From: Candidatus Subterrananammoxibius californiae | GTDB taxonomy: Bacteria > Planctomycetota > Brocadiia > Brocadiales > Subterrananammoxibiaceae | NCBI GenBank assembly: GCA_030586555.1 | Contig: JAURAC010000005.1 | Coordinates: 1 to 20,107, forward strand | Reading direction: 5' to 3' | DNA: 20,107 bases | Part shown: one piece after another, positions 1 to 5,871 of the stretch | Layout of the letters: every line of letters begins with the position of its first letter | Numbering within the stretch: the first letter of the stretch is position 1 | The notes under the pieces: generated by a model | What the model saw: the letters and a program-made list of their open reading frames with translations, nothing else | What the model was told of the DNA's origin: nothing | Database searches by the model: none | Translations under genes and position numbers: made by a program

Positions 1-401
1 CCAGCGGAGGAAGGTGGATAGTTCAGCAGGACGTTTGCAATTTCTCTTTCTTGAGGGGGTAGAAGTTTAAGCAACTGCTTGACGACAGAGGCAGGCAACT
101 CCTCAAGAAGCTCCGTTCTGTCATCCGGCGTCATCTCGGAAAGTATTTCCCCAACACGATGCTCCGCAAAATGCTTAAGGAGTTCCTCCTGTTCTTCAAT
201 TTCAAACATGGAGAAGATAGCTGCTGTCTTGTCCTTACTAAGCAGTCTGAATGCCATGACCTTATCGGCAGGTTCGAGTTCCCTGAGGATGTCCACTGTA
301 TCAGCAGGATGGAGATTTCGGAGGAATACACTGAGTTCTTTTAATTCCTTCTTCTCGATAAGTTCCTTGATTTCAGGTGTAAAGATTTTATACCACTGCA
401 T
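1..401 (-). CDS. mgtE: Magnesium transporter MgtE, N-terminal part (runs off the left edge; not in the ORF track)
   Basis: Manual translation of the minus strand from ATG at 401: [54 protein letters not shown]...[46 protein letters not shown]. This has the MgtE_N motifs HPAD, M.PDDR..LLEELP and LL.YP..SAG leading into the CBS pair. Confidence 0.93.
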   Translation of the reverse strand, partial: [133 protein letters not shown]

Positions 402-424
402 TTATTGTGCCTGCTTTAAAGGAA

Positions 425-494
425 GTAGGGGCGTATTGCCCGCCAAAAAGATAGGCGAGTCCGCTACGTATTTTGGCGGACAATACGTCGCTAC
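425..494. repeat. GTAG-type REP (GTAGGGGCGTATTG/CAATACGTCGCTAC) with a nested 42-nt CCGCCAAAA...TTTTGGCGG palindrome
   Basis: Arms 425-438 and 481-494 are near-complementary. The inner inverted repeat spans 440-448 and 471-479. Confidence 0.85.
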
Positions 495-515
495 AATTAA
501 TATATAATTGAGGTA

Positions 516-544
516 AATATAATACTAAATATGTGCTATGTCAA
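516..544 (-). promoter_or_regulatory. sigma70 promoter for mgtE
   Basis: Minus strand TTGACA (544-539), 17-nt spacer, TATATT (521-516). Confidence 0.75.
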
Positions 545-571
545 TGATGAAAATGGGAGGAGAGTAACCAC

Positions 572-600
572 TGTCATTCTGAGCGGAGCGAAGAATGACA
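572..600. repeat. TGTCATTCT...AGAATGACA palindromic element; possible terminator of the DUF362 gene
   Basis: tgtcattctgagcggagcgaagaatgaca has 9-bp arms. It matches the reverse complement of the unit at 5090-5116. Confidence 0.75.
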
Positions 601-627
601 GGAATAGTTTGTATGATTTGTGTATTT

Positions 628-1824
628 TTACTCCACGCGCTCAACACCCAGGAACTTTGCCATCGCCAAGAGCGTTTCACCTATAAAGGTGCGCTTCATC
701 CTGATTGCCTTAAAATTGCAGACCTCGTCGCAGCAGAAACAGCCAATACATTTATCCGTATCAACAATGACCTGTCCCCCTGAGGCGGATGCACTCATCG
801 CCTTGGCAGGGCAATTTGTTATGCACTCATAACATTTTGTGCAGTTTGGTTGATATATTGTGGAAACAGTGGTACAGGAGTGATGGAACATCCTTGAGAG
901 GAGAAAATTCGGGACATATTTTGTTGCAAAATCCTGCGAAGAGCTTGAAGGTTTTTTGAAATCGGGTACGGACACATTTTCAATAGCCTCACCGAAAACA
1001 GAAATCTCCGTTAAATCAGCCGTACCGAGACCTCTTTCGTGAGCAAATCTTATAATAGGTACCTCCATCGGGTTAAACCCAACGATACTGCTTGCCACCG
1101 CATCGAGGGCAACGCCGTCAGTGCTGGCGAGCATTAAGCCTATCTTCTTTGGGTCGCCTGCATTGGGTCCATTTCCCTCCATTCCAATAATTGCATCCAT
1201 TATTGAAATATGGGGTCGCATGACCTCGTAGACGTCAACAAGCGCCTGTGCCATTAATTTTGATTTTGGCGCAAGCAGGTGTACATTCTTCTTGCCACTC
1301 GCAGGGATAGAGCCAAACATATTCTTTATGGCACCTGTGTAAAGCGTGAGCCCGTGCGTCTTGAGCTTGGGGATTGATACTACCATGTCAACATCTTTTA
1401 CGGTCTTTGCCACGTCAAAAGATTTTAATATTCTGGCGTTATTGTTTACTACCTTAATACGGTCATCTTTGTCGAAGTTGACGGTCTTTATCCCTGTTTC
1501 ACGTGCAATTTTATCTATCTGGGTTACCCTGAATGCGCTAAAGGTTGAGGCAGTCCTGACGCTTCCACAGGAATCGCCTATAAGCACCTCGCATCCGTAA
1601 TCCCTCTGGAATATGTCAACCAATGCCCTTATTACGACAGGATGTGTATTAACAGCCCTTTCGGGACCCTGCGAAGGCGATAGCAAATTTGGCTTTAAGA
1701 GCACCTTCATTCCGGGTCTTACAAAGCCATTAGTGGCGGCGATTAGCCTGAGGCATTCTTTAATGGTATTGTAAACACCTTGCGGTTCGTACTCTTCGCA
1801 TCTTACAACGGAAACGATTGACAT
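628..1824 (-). CDS. DUF362 domain protein with C-terminal 2x[4Fe-4S] ferredoxin
   Basis: Motifs VLLKPNL, T.P.V, PKLKTH, TGAIKNMFG, DAIIGMEGNGP and DGVALD, plus CTKCYECITNCP and CIGCFCCDEVC cluster motifs. Confidence 0.92.
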   Translation of the reverse strand: MSIVSVVRCEEYEPQGVYNTIKECLRLIAATNGFVRPGMKVLLKPNLLSPSQGPERAVNTHPVVIRALVDIFQRDYGCEVLIGDSCGSVRTASTFSAFRVTQIDKIARETGIKTVNFDKDDRIKVVNNNARILKSFDVAKTVKDVDMVVSIPKLKTHGLTLYTGAIKNMFGSIPASGKKNVHLLAPKSKLMAQALVDVYEVMRPHISIMDAIIGMEGNGPNAGDPKKIGLMLASTDGVALDAVASSIVGFNPMEVPIIRFAHERGLGTADLTEISVFGEAIENVSVPDFKKPSSSSQDFATKYVPNFLLSRMFHHSCTTVSTIYQPNCTKCYECITNCPAKAMSASASGGQVIVDTDKCIGCFCCDEVCNFKAIRMKRTFIGETLLAMAKFLGVERVE

Positions 1825-1852
1825 TTTTCAAGCCTTTCCTTGTATATCAAGC

Positions 1853-1881
1853 ATTATAAGGGGTAAGGACAATAATGTCAA
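1853..1881 (-). promoter_or_regulatory. Perfect consensus sigma70 promoter for the DUF362 gene
   Basis: Minus strand TTGACA (1881-1876), 17-nt spacer, TATAAT (1858-1853). AAGGAAAGG precedes the ATG at 1824. Confidence 0.85.
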
Positions 1882-1913
1882 GGGTGAAGGGCTTTACCTC
1901 TCACTCCTTATGG

Positions 1914-1952
1914 ATTCTCCCCCTTTTGCAAAGGGGGGGGCGAGGGGGGATT
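1914..1952. repeat. CCCCCTTT-N-AAAGGGGG...AGGGGGATT palindromic element (copy 1, intergenic)
   Basis: Hairpin tcccccttttgcaaagggggggg followed by cgaggggggatt. Relatives occur at 2461-2505 and 9463-9507. Confidence 0.8.
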
Positions 1953-2025
1953 AGAAACCCTTACAGATTTAACCATCAAAAATAATTTTGATAGCGGATT
2001 CTTTTTACATACAAGAATCTTATCT

Positions 2026-2241
2026 TCAAAAGTCTAACAGTTCAGAAGGTTTTACCTTCAAAGCTTTAGCCAATCTTTCAATAGTATCAATCTTAATGGC
2101 GGGTGGTTTCTTGCCTTCTAACCTCTGAATATACTTATAATCGATATTTGTTAACTCAGAAAGTTTCTCTTGAGTATATCCACATTTCTTTCGCAACTCC
2201 TTAATTCTCACACCTAACTTTAATCTAACATTTGATTTCAT
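2026..2241 (-). CDS. XRE-family (Cro/C1, R-M controller-like) helix-turn-helix transcriptional regulator
   Basis: LG.RIKELRKK.GYTQEKLSE...IDYKYIQRLEG....IKIDTIERLAKAL.V.P.EL is an HTH_3 signature in a 71-aa single-domain protein. Confidence 0.93.
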   Translation of the reverse strand: MKSNVRLKLGVRIKELRKKCGYTQEKLSELTNIDYKYIQRLEGKKPPAIKIDTIERLAKALKVKPSELLDF

Positions 2242-2243
2242 TG

Positions 2244-2302
2244 TACCGTATTATGCTACGGTAATTATTTTATTGACACCTAACTATAGTAAGGTGTACA
2301 AT
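2244..2302. promoter_or_regulatory. Divergent promoter region with two palindromic operators
   Basis: Palindromes TACCGTA-N6-TACGGTA (2244-2263) and ACACCT-A-ACTATAGT-A-AGGTGT (2276-2297). Plus strand has TTGACA (2273-2278), N18, TACAAT (2297-2302). Minus strand has CATAAT (2255-2250) 8 nt before the XRE ATG. Confidence 0.75.
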
Positions 2303-2389
2303 TTATTCCATATAAATGGGAACTATGATACGGCTGTAGAGAGCAAAACGAATAGGTTTGGGAGTAAGCAATGAAAGGAGGAAATCAAG

Positions 2390-5053
2390 ATGTTGGGTAT
2401 AAAGAAGATAATCAAAAGTACAAAATGGGTCTTTGTGATAGCCGTGGTCGCTATTATCTCAATCCCCCTCTTTCCCCATTTTATAAAGGGGGATTTAGGG
2501 GGATTTTCAAACACCTCCCTTGCCCAGGTCTGCTCAATTCCATTGCTAGGCAAGTATGATTTAAGAGCGACAACCAGTATCTATGTCTCAGGCAACACGG
2601 CTTATGTTAATTGTGACTACCTCTACGGTATTTGCGGTCTTCAGATAATAGATGTTTCCGACCCCACGTCGCAAACCCTACTTAGCAACTATGTATATGG
2701 AACAAGTAACATCTTTGTCTCAGGCAATAAAGCGTATGTGACTGGTGGGGGTTTGCAAATAATAGACGTTTCTGATCCTACAAGTCCCATATTGCTTGGC
2801 GGTTATGCGATGCCCAATTATCAGATCAGTTATGTAAGAGGCATCTTTGTATTAGGCAACAAGGCATATGTAACTGCTAGTTTAGGGTATTCACTTTATA
2901 GCCTTCTGATAATAGACGTTTCCAATCCTCAAGGCCCAGCCCTGATTGGCAGTTATGCTATGCTAAGCCATCCGGGTAACATCTTCGTCTCTGGCAGTAC
3001 GGCTTATGTGGCTGATTGGGAGAGTGGTCTTCAGATAATAGATGTCTCTAATCCTCAAGCGCCAGCCCTTATTGGCAGTTATGATACGATAGGCATAGGC
3101 TATGTATTTGACATCTTCGTCTCTGGTAACAAGGCTTATGTGGCTGCTGATAATGAGGGTCTTCTTATAATAGACGTCTCTAATCCTACAAATCCCTCAT
3201 TACTCGGTAGTTACGATACACCTGGCAGTGCACGTAAAGTTTATGTCTCTGGTACTGTAGCATGCGTGGCAGACGGTAGCAGTCTTCAGGTATTAGACGT
3301 CTCTGATCCTACAGCGCCAACACTACTTAGCAGTTATGGTATCAATGGTTATGGTATCGGTGCGGGGAGTGTATATATTTCAGGTAGCAATGCTTATGTG
3401 GCTTGTGGTGATGGGGGGCTTCAGATATTTGACCTCAGCAATTGCACGGGGCCGATTGTGGAGATTTGCGATAATGGGGTTGACGATGATGGGGATGGGT
3501 TGGTGGACCTCAACGATCCTGACTGTTCATGTGGAACAAAGGTGTCGGCTAATTTTCTGGGCAACCCAACCCAGGGCGAAGCCCCGCTTACCGTAAATTT
3601 CACGAACAATTCAGCAGGGGACTTTGATTCGTGTGCATGGGATTTCGGAGATGGTACGACAATAAATACAGTATGCGAAAACCCTGACCATACCTACACG
3701 AACTCAGGCGCTTACACCGTAAGTCTAACCGTTTCCGGCAACGATGGTACGGATACAAAAACAAGGGTTGATTATATTGATGTGACCCTTTCAGATGAAG
3801 ACCTCCTTAAAAAATATGCCCCGATTCTGTACATGCACCCAGATGAACGCTACCATCCTATGGATGTAATGAATATGTTAAAGAATTCGCGACTGTGGGA
3901 AAGAAGGGAATGGAAAAAGGATAAACTGGTTGATAATACACCCACCTTGCAAGAGTTAGTTAATAATTTTGATGAAAAAAAATATTACCTTTGGTTAAAA
4001 TACAAGGAGAAAGAATTAAACAAGAGGAACTGGAAAATAGACCAAACTGTTTATGGAAGACAATTTACTACGTATGATGGCGGCAATAAAAGGACAGTGC
4101 TTCAATACTGGTTCTTTTATGTCTATAATGATTGGGATGATGACCACGAGGGCGACTGGGAGATGATTCAGATTGTTTTTGGTAGTGATAACCAACCACT
4201 GCTGATTACCTACTCCATTCATAAAGGTGGCATGACGTTGCCGTGGGATGACCCGAAGGTTAGCAAAAGTGGCGACCACCCTAAGGTATATGTGAGCCTC
4301 GGAGGGCATGGAAGCTGGAATGAACCGGGTAATCACACGTGGTATCAGTCATTGACTATTTGTGACCAGTGCATAGATGAGACGTCAGAACAGGGCGATG
4401 TGATTGTGCCGGAAGGAGAGTCTATTTCTTCTAATTATACATATAAACTGGTAGATTTAGACAAAGAGGAGGTTAACTGGATAGAATGGAATGGGTATTG
4501 GGGAAAGCAGGGATATAGCGTGGGTAGAAAACAGGCAACGGTTTACGTTCCAGGTCCTCCCAGTCCGCCCTATGTAGATTATATCGAGGACGATGCATTT
4601 ACTGGACGCTGGTATGACCCGGTTACATGGGCGGTGAGTCCCAACCCCGATGGGTACTTTATTTGCGCCTCTGCTAATAGCATTATTAAGGCATACGATA
4701 CGGAGGACAAGGTTAGACTTATTCCTACTAAACATTGTGATTTGATTACTGGGGAATGCGGTTATTGTCCAACTACTCAAGCCTTTTACACGGGAAAGGA
4801 CGTTGTCTTTGATGTATATTCACGTGATGGAAAGGAAGTGGATTTGAGAATCGGTAGATACAAGAGGACAGGAGAGGCGTATGAGGTGGAGTTCAAGGGG
4901 CTTAAAATCCCCAAAAAAGGAAAGGCTTCGTTTACCTTTTCTCCAGAAATGAATCAGAGACTTGAAATAGGGATTGACAACGAGCGAGATGGCATTCTCG
5001 ATAGTTATAAATTGCCTGATTATTTAGAGATTAAAGAAGTGGATGATAAGTGA
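2390..5053 (+). CDS. Secreted multidomain protein: signal peptide, 7 LVIVD repeats, MopE-like acidic Cys motif, PKD domain, Vps62/DUF946 (NPP1-related) domain, C-terminal beta-rich domain
   Basis: SD AAGGAGG at 2375-2381 and a basic/hydrophobic N-terminus. Seven units of I.VSG..AYV...L.IIDVS.P. Then EICDNGVDDDGDGLVDLNDPDC, PKD motifs GEAPLTVNF...WDFGDG...HTY...G.YTVSLTV, and LLKKYAP.L...LQYWFFY.YN...HEGDWE...PKVYVSLGGHGSW. Confidence 0.85.
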   Translation: MLGIKKIIKSTKWVFVIAVVAIISIPLFPHFIKGDLGGFSNTSLAQVCSIPLLGKYDLRATTSIYVSGNTAYVNCDYLYGICGLQIIDVSDPTSQTLLSNYVYGTSNIFVSGNKAYVTGGGLQIIDVSDPTSPILLGGYAMPNYQISYVRGIFVLGNKAYVTASLGYSLYSLLIIDVSNPQGPALIGSYAMLSHPGNIFVSGSTAYVADWESGLQIIDVSNPQAPALIGSYDTIGIGYVFDIFVSGNKAYVAADNEGLLIIDVSNPTNPSLLGSYDTPGSARKVYVSGTVACVADGSSLQVLDVSDPTAPTLLSSYGINGYGIGAGSVYISGSNAYVACGDGGLQIFDLSNCTGPIVEICDNGVDDDGDGLVDLNDPDCSCGTKVSANFLGNPTQGEAPLTVNFTNNSAGDFDSCAWDFGDGTTINTVCENPDHTYTNSGAYTVSLTVSGNDGTDTKTRVDYIDVTLSDEDLLKKYAPILYMHPDERYHPMDVMNMLKNSRLWERREWKKDKLVDNTPTLQELVNNFDEKKYYLWLKYKEKELNKRNWKIDQTVYGRQFTTYDGGNKRTVLQYWFFYVYNDWDDDHEGDWEMIQIVFGSDNQPLLITYSIHKGGMTLPWDDPKVSKSGDHPKVYVSLGGHGSWNEPGNHTWYQSLTICDQCIDETSEQGDVIVPEGESISSNYTYKLVDLDKEEVNWIEWNGYWGKQGYSVGRKQATVYVPGPPSPPYVDYIEDDAFTGRWYDPVTWAVSPNPDGYFICASANSIIKAYDTEDKVRLIPTKHCDLITGECGYCPTTQAFYTGKDVVFDVYSRDGKEVDLRIGRYKRTGEAYEVEFKGLKIPKKGKASFTFSPEMNQRLEIGIDNERDGILDSYKLPDYLEIKEVDDK
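2461..2505. repeat. CCCCCTTT/AAAGGGGG-family palindromic element (copy 2), in frame within the signal-peptide region
   Basis: Outer arms AATCCCCCT (2461-2469) and AGGGGGATT (2497-2505) are perfectly complementary. The element is 45 nt and encodes IPLFPHFIKGDLGGF. Confidence 0.8.
2579..3445 (+). repeat. Seven intragenic LVIVD repeats (probable 7-bladed beta-propeller)
   Basis: Recurring DNA motifs gtctc(a/t)gg(c/t)a and ataataga(c/t)gt.tc.(a/g)a.cc, with seven protein repeat units. Confidence 0.85.
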
Positions 5054-5055
5054 AC

Positions 5056-5156
5056 GAGATTGCTTTGCCTTCGGCTCGCAATGACAAAAGAGATTCTTCG
5101 CTACGCTCAGAATGACACAGGGTAGGCAACGAAGTTTTGCAGGCTCAGGGTGGCAG
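5056..5156. repeat. Tandem GAGATT...AATGACA-type small palindromic units
   Basis: gagattgctttgccttcggctcgcaatgaca (5056-5086), gagattcttcgctacgctcagaatgaca (5090-5117), and a degenerate third unit ...gcaggctcagggtggca (about 5131-5155). Confidence 0.75.
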
Positions 5157-5248
5157 TAGATTGTCGTTACAAGCGGTGGTGTAAACCTCATCCAGCTTTT
5201 TACCGATAACATCCCACGAATACTTTTCCTCTACCAACCTTCTTCCTT
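5145..5248 (-). pseudogene. Remnant 3' end of a GT4 glycosyltransferase gene (diverged duplicate of 5889-5957)
   Basis: Encodes GRRLVEEKYSWDVIGKKLDEVYTTACNDNLLPP*, versus GRKLVEEKYSWDIIGKKMDEIYNTTHI* in the intact gene. Manual alignment gives 59/69 nt identity (5180-5248 vs 5889-5957). Confidence 0.85.
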
Positions 5249-5288
5249 TCAAAATGGGGGATACTGAGGCTGTTCCCCACTTATATTC

Positions 5289-5317
5289 TTGAATAATATG
5301 GTTGCTTCTGTTACAAT
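5289..5317 (+). promoter_or_regulatory. sigma70 promoter with extended -10 for a probably leaderless two-gene operon
   Basis: TTGAAT (5289-5294), 17-nt spacer, TG-n-TACAAT (5309-5317). The ATG at 5326 is 8 nt downstream and has no SD. Confidence 0.7.
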
Positions 5318-5325
5318 CAGGCTTA

Positions 5326-5559
5326 ATGACGTTTGAGATAATCGGTAAGATTACAGAGATAGAAACTATTGCCTCAGGAAGTAGTATTCGCATACTTCCA
5401 CTTTTGCGTAAACGATATGGGAAAGGACGTTGGAGAAAACTGAAGGGGATTGCTCAAGTTTGTCTGGTTGATGGTACTATACGTCTTGCTGAGGTCCATT
5501 GGTTTGAAGCGCATGGTATTGGTAAAAAGAAGATGAGAATTAAACGTTTTTTGGATTAG
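5326..5559 (+). CDS. Small basic hypothetical protein (77 aa), putative toxin/nuclease-like component
   Basis: ATG 5326 is preferred over TTG 5302 because of the promoter position. Sequence [19 protein letters not shown]...[15 protein letters not shown]...[23 protein letters not shown] is very K/R-rich. The functional call is inference. Confidence 0.75.
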   Translation: MTFEIIGKITEIETIASGSSIRILPLLRKRYGKGRWRKLKGIAQVCLVDGTIRLAEVHWFEAHGIGKKKMRIKRFLD

Positions 5560-5568
5560 ATATTAGAT

Positions 5569-5814
5569 ATGGTAAAACGTAAGAAAACAACACCACAATT
5601 TGCTATTTGTGTCAATACTGATGACCCGGACCTGTTGACTCCACGCAGGATTTATCAGGTTTTACCTGACGAAAACGCTGTAAAATCAAATTACATTCGC
5701 GTAGTAGATAACGAGGGAGAAGATTATTTATATCCTGCCGCATACTTCATTTTAATTGATTTTCCACCTGCAATAAAGCATGTCTTATTACAAACCGCCG
5801 GGGTCGATAGGTAA
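5569..5814 (+). CDS. Small hypothetical protein (81 aa), putative antitoxin/immunity partner
   Basis: Starts 9 nt after the previous stop. FAICV......LL..RRIYQVLPD......IRVVDNEGEDYLYP..YF has an acidic DNEGEDYLY patch. The functional call is inference. Confidence 0.75.
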   Translation: MVKRKKTTPQFAICVNTDDPDLLTPRRIYQVLPDENAVKSNYIRVVDNEGEDYLYPAAYFILIDFPPAIKHVLLQTAGVDR

Positions 5815-5869
5815 AACCACAGAGGCACGGAGACACAGAGATTCTCCGTGCCTCTGTGTCTCTGTGGTT
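5815..5869. repeat. Palindrome built from RCACRGAG octamers; probable bidirectional terminator between convergent genes
   Basis: aaccacagaggcacggagacacagag-att-ctccgtgcctctgtgtctctgtggtt has 26-nt arms with 4 A/G differences. It fills the gap between the two stop codons. Confidence 0.85.
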
Positions 5870-5871
5870 AA

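Noticed and set aside
79..507. 142-aa plus-strand ORF and the small ORFs at 131-331 and 159-344
   Set aside because: Antisense or off-frame shadows of mgtE, which is the frame with family motifs.
402..627. M-box (ykoK) Mg2+ riboswitch upstream of mgtE
   Set aside because: The predicted leader is only about 107 nt and is explained by a REP hairpin. I recognised no M-box features, though an Rfam scan would be decisive.
1933..1949. Poly-G tracts (G8/G6 here, G9 at 9490-9498) as phase-variation switches or G-quadruplexes
   Set aside because: They are intergenic arms of a palindromic repeat family, pair with adjacent C-runs, and are not in a CDS or promoter spacer.
1975..2019. Short palindromes ATCAAAA-N4-TTTTGAT and GATTCTT-N9-AAGAATC downstream of the XRE gene
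   Set aside because: AT-rich 7-bp arms could be chance. The orientation is opposite to an FNR box and there is no clear terminator U-tract.
2323..2559. ORFs 2323-2553 (-) and 2371-2559 (+)
   Set aside because: They overlap the 887-aa gene, which has the strong SD. Their notable peptides (NPPKSPFIK, PPLSPFYKGG) are alternative-frame readings of the palindromic element.
2579..3445. Regularly recurring DNA motifs as a CRISPR array or DGR repeat
   Set aside because: They are degenerate, in-frame LVIVD protein repeats. No cas or reverse transcriptase gene is present.
5145..5393. 82-aa minus-strand ORF as a real gene
   Set aside because: It is a chimera of the antisense of the small operon and its promoter with the GT4 3' remnant. 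Only 5145-5248 has homology.
5250..5870. Integron gene cassette carrying the two-gene module
   Set aside because: I found no RYYYAAC...GTTRRRY attC structure and no integrase. The flanking hairpins belong to other repeat types.
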